DNA from: Candidatus Omnitrophota bacterium
GTDB lineage: Bacteria > Omnitrophota > Gorgyraeia > 2-01-FULL-45-10
Assembly (NCBI GenBank): GCA_903843285.1
Contig: CAIMPC010000063.1
Span: 4,627-68,626 of the forward strand
Direction of reading: 5' to 3'
DNA length: 64,000 bases
The translations under genes and the position numbers were made by a program. How positions within the stretch are numbered: position 1 is the stretch's first letter; each line of letters starts with the position of its first letter. Below are positions 47,904 through 57,574 of this stretch, piece after piece. Below the pieces are notes generated by a model. The model was not told the DNA's origin and did no database searches. It was given only the letters and a program-made list of their open reading frames with translations.

Positions 47904-48740
47904 CTACTTTATAGTATTTAATGCCTCGTCCAATTCCCTGATAGCTTCCTCGTACTCTTCTTTCTTCGGTGAAACGCCATGCCACTCAGCCTTGTTCTCT
48001 ATAAAAGATACTCCTTTTCCCTTCACGGTGTGGGCTATTATCATGGTGGGTTTACCTTTAACCTTCTCCGCCTGATCAAAAGCATCTATAAGGCCTGCTA
48101 TATCGTGGCCATTGACCTCGATGGCATTCCACCCAAACTCCTGCCACTTATGTTTATGAATTCCGGGATCCTTCACCTCACAGCAAAAGCCATCTATTTG
48201 AAGTTTATTACAGTCTATTATCCCGCAAACGGTATCGAGCTTGTAATGAGCGGCCGTCATAGCTGCCTCCCATACCTGACCCTCATTAGTCTCTCCGTCT
48301 CCCATCAGGCAATACACCCTGGATACGATCTTATCCATGCGAAGACCAAGCGCAATCCCGTTAGCTATGGACAGTCCCTGCCCCAGGGAACCACTGGATA
48401 TCTCGACACCAGCCAGGCCTATCTGCGGGTGCCCCTGTAATTGGCTGCCCAGTTTCCGTAGGGTCCATAAAAGATCTTTAGAAAAATATCCTTTGTGAGC
48501 CAACACCGCATAGAGCGCAGGACACCCGTGCCCTTTTGAAAGGAGAAACCTGTCTCGCTCATTCCATAATGGATTTGACGGATCGTTCTTAAGTTTATGA
48601 TAATACAGCGCCACCAGTATATCGACCGAGGAGAGGCTCCCTCCCGTATGGCCGGATCCGGCAATCATAAGCATCTTCAACACATCTTTTCTTATCTCTA
48701 TCGCCTTCTTATCGAGCTCCAATATATTCAGCCGTTCCAT
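47904..48740 (-). CDS. transketolase, N-terminal (TPP-binding) subunit
   Basis: 278 aa with GSGHTGGSLS and a TPP-binding motif. Confidence 0.9.
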   Translation of the reverse strand: MERLNILELDKKAIEIRKDVLKMLMIAGSGHTGGSLSSVDILVALYYHKLKNDPSNPLWNERDRFLLSKGHGCPALYAVLAHKGYFSKDLLWTLRKLGSQLQGHPQIGLAGVEISSGSLGQGLSIANGIALGLRMDKIVSRVYCLMGDGETNEGQVWEAAMTAAHYKLDTVCGIIDCNKLQIDGFCCEVKDPGIHKHKWQEFGWNAIEVNGHDIAGLIDAFDQAEKVKGKPTMIIAHTVKGKGVSFIENKAEWHGVSPKKEEYEEAIRELDEALNTIK

Positions 48741-48749
48741 TTTTCTATA

Positions 48750-49967
48750 TCATCTCTCTTTTAGTTTTTGCCGAACTTTATCCTGCTTAGGATCAAACTC
48801 TAACGACTTATTCCATTCTTCTACTGCCTTATCGTGAAGGCCTTTCTTATAATAAATATCTCCCATATGGTCCCTGACCGTAGGATCGTCCGGATAATTC
48901 TTCAATGCCTTCAGGATCTGCACAGACGCCTCTTCGGTCATTCCCTTCTTAAATAGCGCCCACCCCAGCGAATCCATAAATGCCCCATTATCCGGATCCA
49001 GTTCCACGGCTTTCTTCGTCAAATCTACGGCCTCATCCAACCTGACACCGTCTTCGGCGAACATGTAACCCAGATAATTATATGCGTCGGCAAATTTCGG
49101 GTCAATCCTTATCGCATCCCTAAAATATTTTTCCGACTGCACTTTTTCTTTCATCTCTCCGTAAAGCACGCCAAGGTAAAAATATGTCCTTGCATAATTA
49201 GGGTCTATCTCGAGAGCCTTCTTAAAATTGGTTACCGCCTTTTCTATATCTTTATTCATTTCGTACATGACTCCGAGTCCAATGTACGCTTCGAGATATT
49301 CAGGACTTAACTGCGTCGCTCGGTTTAATGCCTCTATACCTTTATCTATCTTCCCAAGCCGCGTATATATAATGCCGAGATTAAAGTATAGCAGGTCGGA
49401 TTCCGGATTTTTTTCTATCAGCTTCTCATAAATTACAGCCGCCTCCGACATCTTCTCCTGGACCACATATATATCTGCCAAAGAACTGAGCGCCCATATA
49501 GAATCGGGGTCTAGATGAATGGCTTCCTGATACTCTTTTCGAGCATCCTCAAATTTGTTTTGTGAGGTATAGATAAGCGCCGCTACGAACATCGGTTTAG
49601 GATCCGAAGGATCGAGCCTCTTGGCAGTGGCCACTTCACCTAATGCCCTCTCCGGTTTCTTCAGCAAAAGATAATCCAATGCAAGTCGTGTGTGAATATA
49701 GCTGACATTGGGCTCTAATATGCAGGAAGCCTCGAACTCCTTAACAGCCTGTGAGGCCTTAAGGTCATTATCGTAAATAACGCCCATCGCGTAATGGGAC
49801 AGCGAAACCGCGAGATCCGTCGAATGGTGCTCACCTAAAACCCTTGAGCCCTGAGAGAAAGAACGATATCTGGAATATGCATCTACCGCTGCGTCCGAGC
49901 TTGTAACCATACATACCAGGACGGCGAATACCATAACCGGATAATTTAAAACTTTTCCAAAAGACAA
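48750..49967 (-). CDS. secreted TPR-repeat protein
   Basis: 405 aa with a signal peptide and about ten tetratricopeptide repeats. Confidence 0.7.
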   Translation of the reverse strand: MSFGKVLNYPVMVFAVLVCMVTSSDAAVDAYSRYRSFSQGSRVLGEHHSTDLAVSLSHYAMGVIYDNDLKASQAVKEFEASCILEPNVSYIHTRLALDYLLLKKPERALGEVATAKRLDPSDPKPMFVAALIYTSQNKFEDARKEYQEAIHLDPDSIWALSSLADIYVVQEKMSEAAVIYEKLIEKNPESDLLYFNLGIIYTRLGKIDKGIEALNRATQLSPEYLEAYIGLGVMYEMNKDIEKAVTNFKKALEIDPNYARTYFYLGVLYGEMKEKVQSEKYFRDAIRIDPKFADAYNYLGYMFAEDGVRLDEAVDLTKKAVELDPDNGAFMDSLGWALFKKGMTEEASVQILKALKNYPDDPTVRDHMGDIYYKKGLHDKAVEEWNKSLEFDPKQDKVRQKLKER

Positions 49968-49992
49968 TATTTATGCTTTCATTCGGTAATTG

Positions 49993-50025
49993 GGTCCACC
50001 CGATTATTATATCAGGTGGACCCCA
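49993..50025. terminator. hairpin GGGTCCACC-N15-GGTGGACCC, with a T-run on the plus strand only
   Basis: It lies between the TPR gene start and the small basic ORF stop, and could be bidirectional or an RNA-stability element. Confidence 0.25.
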
Positions 50026-50034
50026 TATTACCTT

Positions 50035-50124
50035 TATTTCTTTTTATGGCGATCTCTTCTCATTCTCTTTTTTCTCTTATGCTTCGCCATTTTCGCTCTT
50101 TTGCGTTTTTTACCGCATGGCATT
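50035..50124 (-). CDS. 29-aa highly basic peptide, candidate bS22-like small ribosomal protein
   Basis: MPCGKKRKRAKMAKHKRKKRMRRDRHKKK. A strong GGAGGTG Shine-Dalgarno sits 7 nt upstream. It lies 24 bp downstream of hisG and is too short for the ORF track. Confidence 0.4.
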
Positions 50125-50148
50125 AGCGATCACCTCCTAACGGTGGAT

Positions 50149-51033
50149 TTAGTAAATCACCTTATTGAGCGGGTATTCTATAATGCCTTCAGCGCCGGCT
50201 CTCTTCAGGCTCGGTATTAAATGCTTAACCACTTTTTCGTCAATGATAGTTTCTACATCGACCCAGTTTGGATCGGTGAGATTCGATATCGTAGGCTTCT
50301 TCAGTGCGGGAAGAAGCTTGAGAACATCTTTAAGATCCTTTTTTGCAACGTTCATCTTAAGCCCCACTTTTTCTTCGGCAAGTATGGCGCCTTTCAGAAG
50401 CAGCGCAAGGTTCTCGATCTTATTTCTCTTCCATGGGTTGGCCCAGCTCTTACGATTAGCTATGAGCTGAGTGGTGGACTCACAGACAGTAAAGACTTCC
50501 CTGAGTTTATTAGCCCTAAGAGACGACCCTGTTTCGGTGACTTCCACTATGGCATCGACCCCGACTATCGCCTTTACTTCAGTAGCTCCCCAGCTGAACT
50601 CCACACGCGCCTTCACTTTATGTTTCTTAAGATACCTCTTCGTCACATTCACAAGCTCGGTAGCTATGGACTTTCCGTTCAAATCCTTAACGCTTTTTAT
50701 CTTCGAGGCCTCGGTAACAGCCAGCACCCACCTGACGGGACGCATCGATTGCTTCGCATATATAAGCTCTGCGACTCTGACAACGTCCGAGTTATTTTCG
50801 AGGATCCAGTCATTGCCCGTGATGCCAACATCAAGTATCCCGTCCTCTACATACCTGGCCATCTCCTGCGCCCTAAAGAGCACGCACTCTATCTCATTAT
50901 CATCTATCGATGGAAAATACGACCTATCGTTAATATTCACATAAAAACCCGCTTTGCGGAACATCTTCACCGTAGATTCCTGAAGGCTTCCTTTAGGCAG
51001 GCCCAGCTTAATCTTATTCTTGATTTGATCCAT
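50149..51033 (-). CDS. hisG: ATP phosphoribosyltransferase, long form
   Basis: 294 aa with the HisG catalytic and C-terminal regulatory domains. Confidence 0.9.
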   Translation of the reverse strand: MDQIKNKIKLGLPKGSLQESTVKMFRKAGFYVNINDRSYFPSIDDNEIECVLFRAQEMARYVEDGILDVGITGNDWILENNSDVVRVAELIYAKQSMRPVRWVLAVTEASKIKSVKDLNGKSIATELVNVTKRYLKKHKVKARVEFSWGATEVKAIVGVDAIVEVTETGSSLRANKLREVFTVCESTTQLIANRKSWANPWKRNKIENLALLLKGAILAEEKVGLKMNVAKKDLKDVLKLLPALKKPTISNLTDPNWVDVETIIDEKVVKHLIPSLKRAGAEGIIEYPLNKVIY

Positions 51034-51084
51034 ATAATAGCCCTTTAGTCTCTTTCTTTTATACCACCCAACAAGTGATGCTTA

Positions 51085-51113
51085 ATTCTACATAATATGG
51101 ATATGAAAGTCAA
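51085..51113 (-). promoter_or_regulatory. hisG promoter TTGACT-N17-TAGAAT
   Basis: Read on the minus strand: the -35 lies at fwd 51108-51113 and the -10 at fwd 51085-51090, about 50 nt upstream of the hisG start. Confidence 0.4.
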
Positions 51114-51137
51114 GGTTGCCCCAGTCTCTTTTTATTC

Positions 51138-51166
51138 TTGAAGAAAACCTGTAAATAAAATATAAT
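51138..51166 (+). promoter_or_regulatory. promoter TTGAAG-N17-TATAAT for the ppiD-like gene
   Basis: TTGAAG at 51138-51143 and TATAAT at 51161-51166. An AAGGAG Shine-Dalgarno at 51203-51208 precedes the ATG at 51214. Confidence 0.5.
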
Positions 51167-51213
51167 CATTCACTGTGTAAAAATTAAGCGTCACTTTTAT
51201 CAAGGAGACACAA

Positions 51214-52422
51214 ATGTTAAAGATATTAAGGCATAAAAACGTATCCAGGGTAGTGCTGTGGGGAATACTATTACTTATCCTTCCCGCATTTATTTTATGG
51301 GGTACAGGCGCTGGTGGAAAATCTAAGCAGAGTGGTCCGGCATTCGTCGGCCTGATTGATAATAAGAAGATCTCTTTTAGCGACTTTGCGGAAAGCCTTA
51401 CTGCTATCAGGTGCCAGATAATATTGAACTACTTTAATCAACCAAGGGTCTTGAATACACTGCTCGGCTCGAAGGCTTTTCTCGGAAAGCTTGCATGGGA
51501 CAGGCTTTTAATGGCCGAGAAGGCTCACAAAGCAAATATTAAGGTCTCAAATAAAGAGATTGTCGCTTTTATAAAGAGCCATCCGATATTCTCAAGAAAT
51601 GGGTCTTTCGATGACAGGTTATACTCTTACATACTTAGGAATAGCCTGGGACTTGAACTAAGGGCTTTCGAGGAGATCGTCAGGAGCAATCTCGAGATCC
51701 AGGGGTTTAATAATAAGATGACGCAGGATATTAAGGCATCCGACAAAGAGATCCTCGAGGCCTACGGCAGGGACAATAATAAGTTTAAGATATCTTATTT
51801 GGCTTTCCCTGCCAGCAAATACGTCGATAGGGCCAAGATAGATGACGGCCAGGTACGCGATTACTTCGAAGAGCATAAGAACGAATTCACCTCTTCTGTT
51901 AAAACAGATGGAAAAGATAAGACCGGAGCTGAAACCGCTCCGACATTTGACGACATGAAGGATAAGATAAAATCATTTTTAGCGGAGGCCCAGGTCAAAT
52001 ATATCGCAATAAAATACGCTAACGATCAATATGGAAAACTGAGAGAGCTTATGGCAAAAGATGGTTTAAGTTTTGCTAAGGCTGCGGCAAGGCTCGGCCT
52101 GAAGCCCGAAGAATCGGCGTTCCTCTCGAGAAACGAATATATTGAAGGCCTCGGAGAGGCCGATAAGGTGGTGGATGAGGGTTCTAAATTAAAGCCGGGC
52201 GAGGTCTCTAAAGTGATTGAGACCGGAAATGGCGCCGTAATATTCATCGTATCGGATACACAGAAGTTCGATAAAGAGAAGTTCAATAAAGAGATAGACG
52301 ACTATTCTAAGAAAGTGCTGGAAATGAAAAAATCTTATTATCTTGAAAATTGGCTGAAAGGCCTCGAGCGCGCCAATACGATCAATATCGATTTTAAGGA
52401 TTACGAGAAGTACTACCGTTAG
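51214..52422 (+). CDS. periplasmic chaperone, PpiD/SurA-N-domain-like
   Basis: 402 aa with an N-terminal TM anchor and a SurA_N-like domain. No clear parvulin catalytic motif was seen. Confidence 0.6.
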   Translation: MLKILRHKNVSRVVLWGILLLILPAFILWGTGAGGKSKQSGPAFVGLIDNKKISFSDFAESLTAIRCQIILNYFNQPRVLNTLLGSKAFLGKLAWDRLLMAEKAHKANIKVSNKEIVAFIKSHPIFSRNGSFDDRLYSYILRNSLGLELRAFEEIVRSNLEIQGFNNKMTQDIKASDKEILEAYGRDNNKFKISYLAFPASKYVDRAKIDDGQVRDYFEEHKNEFTSSVKTDGKDKTGAETAPTFDDMKDKIKSFLAEAQVKYIAIKYANDQYGKLRELMAKDGLSFAKAAARLGLKPEESAFLSRNEYIEGLGEADKVVDEGSKLKPGEVSKVIETGNGAVIFIVSDTQKFDKEKFNKEIDDYSKKVLEMKKSYYLENWLKGLERANTINIDFKDYEKYYR

Positions 52423-53270
52423 ACATTGCCCAAATATACGTACTTAAGGCTATTCAGGGCTACACGACGCACGCGCTCTAATGTTTCCATCGGTGTGGGC
52501 GGTAGATTCATCTTATAGCAGGGAAAATATCTGGATATGTGAAGTGGCGTAGCGGCCCCCACATTATTCTTTATCCACTCGACCTCCTTCATCATCTCCT
52601 CTTCTGAATCATTAAGGCCCGGGACGATTAATGTGGTGAGCTCGACATGGCAGCTGCGGCTTGAGCGCTTAATGACCTCGAGGACCTTATTCAATCTCCC
52701 GCCGCATATCTTCATATAGAACTCATCACTAAATGCCTTAAGATCTATATTCATCGCCCCTATGTATGGGAGGATATCCTCGAGCGGCTTAATATTGACA
52801 TAGCCATTTGTGACCAATACATTTTCAAGGCCGCTCTTTTTAGCAAGCTTCGCTGTATCGAATACAAATTCATGCCATATGAAAGGCTCATTATAGGTGT
52901 AGGCGATACCGAATGAGCCGCATTCCTTTGCGCTGGCGATCATCTCTTCTGATGTCACATCTCTGGTGGGCGCATTAAGGTTCTGGGCGATGGACCAATT
53001 CTGACAGAAATCGCAATGGAAATTACAGCCTTTAGTGCCTATTGAATATATATGTTCCCCGGGATGGTAATGATAAAGCGGTTTCTTCTCTACCGGATCA
53101 AGTGCTGCGGATGTTATTTTTCCGTATATCTCAGAATACAGGATGCCGCTTTTATTTAAACGCGCACGGCAAGCGCCCCTGGCGCCGTCGCTTATAACGC
53201 ACTCGGTAGGACAAAGACGACAGTGGACCTTACTACCTTCGAGCTTCTCGTAATACCTGGCCTCTATCAA
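52419..53270 (-). CDS. radical SAM enzyme, AmmeMemoRadiSam-system type
   Basis: 283 aa with CRLCPTECV, DPVEKKPLYHYHPG and the radical SAM motif CNFHCDFCQNW. Confidence 0.65.
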   Translation of the reverse strand: MIEARYYEKLEGSKVHCRLCPTECVISDGARGACRARLNKSGILYSEIYGKITSAALDPVEKKPLYHYHPGEHIYSIGTKGCNFHCDFCQNWSIAQNLNAPTRDVTSEEMIASAKECGSFGIAYTYNEPFIWHEFVFDTAKLAKKSGLENVLVTNGYVNIKPLEDILPYIGAMNIDLKAFSDEFYMKICGGRLNKVLEVIKRSSRSCHVELTTLIVPGLNDSEEEMMKEVEWIKNNVGAATPLHISRYFPCYKMNLPPTPMETLERVRRVALNSLKYVYLGNV

Positions 53271-53282
53271 GAAAGCTTCCTC

Positions 53283-53732
53283 CTATTTGAGGAACTTCTT
53301 AAGCTCCTTCATGAACTGACCGACGTCCCTGAACTGTCTGTATACGGATGCAAATCTTACATATGCTATCTCGTCTAACTCATGCAATTTATGCATTACG
53401 AGCTCCCCGATCTCCCGCGAGGCTACCTCGCGGTCGTGTTTGCGCTCTATATACTTCTCGATATCGTCGACGAGTTTCTCGATACGCTTCATGCTCACCG
53501 GACGTTTCTCACACGCGACGAGAATGCCTTTTACAAGCTTCTCGCGCTCGAAGCCCTCGCGCCTGCCATCTTTTTTTATTACCCTTAGCGGCACACGCTC
53601 CACATACTCGTATGTAGTGAAACGTTTTTTGCATTTCAGGCATTCACGCCTGCGCCGCACGTTCGAACCGTTTTTAGATGAGCGGGATTCGATAACACCA
53701 TCGCTTCTATTGCCGCAATATGGGCATCTCAT
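53283..53732 (-). CDS. nrdR: transcriptional repressor NrdR
   Basis: MRCPYCGNRSDGVIESR zinc ribbon plus an ATP-cone. Confidence 0.9.
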   Translation of the reverse strand: MRCPYCGNRSDGVIESRSSKNGSNVRRRRECLKCKKRFTTYEYVERVPLRVIKKDGRREGFEREKLVKGILVACEKRPVSMKRIEKLVDDIEKYIERKHDREVASREIGELVMHKLHELDEIAYVRFASVYRQFRDVGQFMKELKKFLK

Positions 53733-53739
53733 AGTCTAT

Positions 53740-54219
53740 TTATTTCTTCGCCATTCTTACTTTTATCTTCGCCTCACGCAGGAGATCCTTCGACATCTTG
53801 TCGGGGTAATCCCCCTGAATAACAATCTCTTTAATGCCCGCGTTAATGATCATCTTTGCGCATATGACACACGGCTGGGTGGTAGAATAAAGACTGGCGT
53901 CCTTTACGCTGGTTCCGTGAAGCGCAGCCTGTAGAAATGCATTCTGTTCGGCGTGAAGCCCCCGACATAGCTCGTGGCGCTCCCCCGATGGCACGCTCAT
54001 CTTCTCACGTATACATCCGACCTCACTACAGTGGCGAATCTTTGAAGGCACGCCATTATAACCCGTGGCGAGTATCCTCTTATCTCTAACGAGCACAGCG
54101 CCCACGCGCCTCCTTAAACACGTGCTTCTCCGGGAGACGAGGCAGGCGATCTCGAGAAAATACTCATCCCATGTCGGCCTCTTAGTAAGCGGCTTTGAGT
54201 CGTCGATGATCTTCTTCAT
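53740..54219 (-). CDS. dCMP deaminase (ComEB family)
   Basis: HAEQNA and PCVICAKMI zinc motifs. Confidence 0.85.
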   Translation of the reverse strand: MKKIIDDSKPLTKRPTWDEYFLEIACLVSRRSTCLRRRVGAVLVRDKRILATGYNGVPSKIRHCSEVGCIREKMSVPSGERHELCRGLHAEQNAFLQAALHGTSVKDASLYSTTQPCVICAKMIINAGIKEIVIQGDYPDKMSKDLLREAKIKVRMAKK

Positions 54220-55478
54220 TATTTCTCCAGATTCTTAACAAGATTCTTATATAATGGGAATTTCTTAACAAGCGCTCTTACATCTTTAAGGACATCTACA
54301 ATGACTTTCTCGTCGTTGGGGCCGGATAACACTTTATCTATAAGACCGGCTATTATCATCATCTCCGCGCCCTTCATGCCCCGCGTGGTTATGGCAGGCG
54401 TGCCTATACGCACTCCGCTGGCGACAAACGGTGACCGGGAATCATAGGGTATGAGATTTTTATTAACGGTTATATTGGCCTTGTCGAGCACCGATGCGGC
54501 ATCTTTACCGGTGATATTTTTACTCGTAAGGTCGACCAGAAATAGATGCGTATCTGTTCCGCCGGCTACGATCCTGTAGCCCGAACTGGCCATCTCCGTC
54601 GATAGCACCTTCGAATTTTCAAGTATCTGTTTCTGATAAATCTTAAATTCCGGGTCTAACGCCTCTTTGAAACATATGGCCTTACCGGCTATCACGTGCA
54701 TAAGCGGCCCACCCTGTATTCCGGGAAATACCTCCGAGTCGATCTTCTTCGCAAACTCTTTTCTGCACATTATCATACCGCCGCGGGGACCGCGCAGGGT
54801 CTTGTGCGTGGTAGTGGTGACGAACTCGGCATAATTAATGGGGTTTTGGTGTAATCCCGCAGCCACGAGCCCCGCTATATGTGCTATGTCGACAAATAGA
54901 AACGCGCCTACCGAATCGGCTATCTGGCGGAAGGTCTTAAAATCGAGCGTCCTGGGATACGCTGAGGCTCCGGCAAGTATCATCTTAGGCTTATGCTTTT
55001 TGGCAAGCGCGGCGACTTCATCATAGTCGATCATCTCGGTCTTACGGTTAACGCCGTATGGAACAATATTATAAAACTTTCCGGAAAAGTTGTGGGGATG
55101 ACCGTGCGACAGATGTCCGCCGCATGCCAGGTCCATTGATAAAACCGTATCACCCGGTTTCAACATCGCGAAATATATGGCCATGTTGGCCTGGGTTCCG
55201 GAATGTGGCTGTACATTGACATGCTCAGCGCCGAATATTTTTTTAGCACGCTCTATGGCGAGCTCTTCCACTACATCCACATTATGACAGCCATTGTACC
55301 ACCTGGCGTGCGGGTATCCCTCCGCATACTTATTAGTGAGAACGGACCCTTGAGCCGCAAGAACCGCTTCGCTGACAAAGTTCTCGCTCGCTATAAGCTC
55401 CAGGTTTTCATTCTCGCGCCTGGTCTCATTCAGAATAGCTTCATATATCTCGGGATCCTTCTTCTTTAAACCGTCCAT
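54219..55478 (-). CDS. glyA: serine hydroxymethyltransferase
   Basis: 419 aa. The PLP lysine region [14 protein letters not shown] is present. Confidence 0.9.
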   Translation of the reverse strand: MDGLKKKDPEIYEAILNETRRENENLELIASENFVSEAVLAAQGSVLTNKYAEGYPHARWYNGCHNVDVVEELAIERAKKIFGAEHVNVQPHSGTQANMAIYFAMLKPGDTVLSMDLACGGHLSHGHPHNFSGKFYNIVPYGVNRKTEMIDYDEVAALAKKHKPKMILAGASAYPRTLDFKTFRQIADSVGAFLFVDIAHIAGLVAAGLHQNPINYAEFVTTTTHKTLRGPRGGMIMCRKEFAKKIDSEVFPGIQGGPLMHVIAGKAICFKEALDPEFKIYQKQILENSKVLSTEMASSGYRIVAGGTDTHLFLVDLTSKNITGKDAASVLDKANITVNKNLIPYDSRSPFVASGVRIGTPAITTRGMKGAEMMIIAGLIDKVLSGPNDEKVIVDVLKDVRALVKKFPLYKNLVKNLEK

Positions 55479-55479
55479 T

Positions 55480-55932
55480 TTAATGCCCCTTTATTTTTGT
55501 TTCTATATCTTTTATCTGGTTAACACGCCTGATATGGCGCTCCTCAGTATGTTTCGCATTAAGCCATGCCTTCAATATATCTTTCGCTTTATATATATCC
55601 ATGTAGTTCGCCGCAAGCACCAACACATTCACATCGTTATGTTCTTTGGCCGATTTTGCCATCTCGATATCGTAACATGCGCCCGCGCGCACCCCGTGAA
55701 CCTTATTCGCCATCACGACCATGCCTATCCCGGTCTTACATATAAGAATCCCGCAATCGCACCTATTTTCGCTCACCGCCTTGGCCACCTCAAAACCTAT
55801 AAGAGGATAATCGCATGACGCCTTCGATTTAGTGCCGAGATCGAGAATGCCGTGGCCTTCTTCGTTAATAAATTTTGTCAGGCCTTCTTTTAATTCATAT
55901 CCGCCGTGGTCGCTTCCTATTGCAATCTTCAC
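55480..55932 (-). CDS. rpiB: ribose-5-phosphate isomerase B
   Basis: Starts [15 protein letters not shown]. Confidence 0.85.
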   Translation of the reverse strand: MKIAIGSDHGGYELKEGLTKFINEEGHGILDLGTKSKASCDYPLIGFEVAKAVSENRCDCGILICKTGIGMVVMANKVHGVRAGACYDIEMAKSAKEHNDVNVLVLAANYMDIYKAKDILKAWLNAKHTEERHIRRVNQIKDIETKIKGH

Positions 55933-55966
55933 TTAATATGCCTTTCGATTTAAATTTGATGACATT

Positions 55967-56431
55967 CTATAGGTCTGCAATAAATCTATCTATCTCTGCC
56001 TTTATCTCATCCCGGACCAGCCTGTACTCCTCCACAGGCATCCCCATCGGATCCCGCACGCTAAAGCCCTTCGGATTAAATGCCGATGAGGACTTATACT
56101 CCTTCAGTAAAAATGTCTTACTCTTTGCTTCCGGAACAAGCTTGAATATCTCATCCTTATGCATCGACTCCATCGTTAATACGAGATTCGCCTTCCTGAT
56201 CATATCGGGTGTAATATTCTTAGTCCTGAAATCCGCTACATCGATCCCTGCTTCTTTCATAACCTTTATCGTATTATCCGAAGGCTGAAGGCCGTTCAAC
56301 GCCCTCACGCCCGCCGAACGGACATTAATGTCATCTTTGCCGAGTTCATATAGCCTTTCCCGCGCAATGGCCTCGGCCATCACTGACCGGCATGAGTTGC
56401 CTGTGCATACAAAAAGCAGAGATTTTATCAT
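55967..56431 (-). CDS. low-molecular-weight protein-tyrosine phosphatase / ArsC-family
   Basis: CTGNSCRS P-loop (Cx5R). Confidence 0.7.
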   Translation of the reverse strand: MIKSLLFVCTGNSCRSVMAEAIARERLYELGKDDINVRSAGVRALNGLQPSDNTIKVMKEAGIDVADFRTKNITPDMIRKANLVLTMESMHKDEIFKLVPEAKSKTFLLKEYKSSSAFNPKGFSVRDPMGMPVEEYRLVRDEIKAEIDRFIADL

Positions 56432-57051
56432 TTGGAATTAATCACCTTTAATAATGTTTTTTCGCTTACCGCGCCCACCCTGAGCACTATCGGAACTTTC
56501 CCCGTGAGATCTAAAACGGTCGATTCTATTCCGACTTTAGTTCGTCCTGCATCCAAAACCAGATCAATCTTGCCATCCAGATCTTTCAATACATCTGCCG
56601 CTTGCGTAGGCGGTTTTTTGCCGCTGATATTAGCGCTCGGCGCTATGACCGGCACGCCGGAGGCCGCTATAAGTTTTAGCGCGACCGCATTTGCCGGCAT
56701 CCTGAATCCTATCTTACTACCTGCCTTCGATGTCAATATTATTGTCAACGGTCCGGGCCAGAACTTTTTGATGATCCGGTTTGTCGGTCCATTCACACGG
56801 CAACCCAGCTTCTTTACCTGTTTCAGATCAGCTACGTGGACCGTAAAATGCTTGTCAAGAGGACGGTTCTTAACCCTGTTAAGCCTTTCGACTGCCCCTT
56901 TGTCCAGTAAATTGGCCGCCAGGCCATACACGGTCTCCGTCGGAAAAGCCACTATTCCGCCGTTTCTGATAATTGCGGCGGCATAAGCTATAACTTCCTT
57001 GTCAGGCCTATCCGGGTCGATCCTTATTTTCAACGTGCTGGTCTTTTGCAT
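56428..57051 (-). CDS. tsaC: L-threonylcarbamoyladenylate synthase (YrdC/Sua5)
   Basis: GGIVAFPTETVYGLAAN. Confidence 0.8.
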   Translation of the reverse strand: MQKTSTLKIRIDPDRPDKEVIAYAAAIIRNGGIVAFPTETVYGLAANLLDKGAVERLNRVKNRPLDKHFTVHVADLKQVKKLGCRVNGPTNRIIKKFWPGPLTIILTSKAGSKIGFRMPANAVALKLIAASGVPVIAPSANISGKKPPTQAADVLKDLDGKIDLVLDAGRTKVGIESTVLDLTGKVPIVLRVGAVSEKTLLKVINSK

Positions 57052-57548
57052 TAAATCTTTAGGGCCGAATTCTTCTTTCGCACACCTTCGGCCAACGAAC
57101 TCTTAAGCGCATCCAGAGCCCTCTCAAGGCGTTTATCGCCTAAGCTCAATATCTGCATCGCCAATATCGCGGCATTGTGAGCTCCGATCTTACCGATAGT
57201 AACAGTAGCTACGGGTATGCCTGATGGCATCTGAACTATTGAGAATAGCGAGTCGATACCCTTTAATTCTTTCGTCTCCATAGGGACGCCTATGACCGGT
57301 AAAGTCGTGAGACTCGCCACGACACCCGCCAGGTGTGCTGCGCCGCCGGCGCCGGCGACTATGACTTTAAACCCGTTTTTACGAGCGCTTTTTGCAAATT
57401 TCGATGTATCCTCAGGCGAGCGGTGCGCAGATAATATCTTAACGGTATATGCGATATTGTTATCATCAAATACTTTTACAGCCGGGCTCATCGAGGCAAG
57501 GTCTGAATCGCTTCCCATTATTATGGCTACTACGGGTCTTGTTTTCAT
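57051..57548 (-). CDS. purE: N5-carboxyaminoimidazole ribonucleotide mutase
   Basis: 165 aa with IMGSDSD near the N-terminus. Confidence 0.9.
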   Translation of the reverse strand: MKTRPVVAIIMGSDSDLASMSPAVKVFDDNNIAYTVKILSAHRSPEDTSKFAKSARKNGFKVIVAGAGGAAHLAGVVASLTTLPVIGVPMETKELKGIDSLFSIVQMPSGIPVATVTIGKIGAHNAAILAMQILSLGDKRLERALDALKSSLAEGVRKKNSALKI

Positions 57549-57574
57549 AGTATTCTCCTTACGCTAAAATGCAT

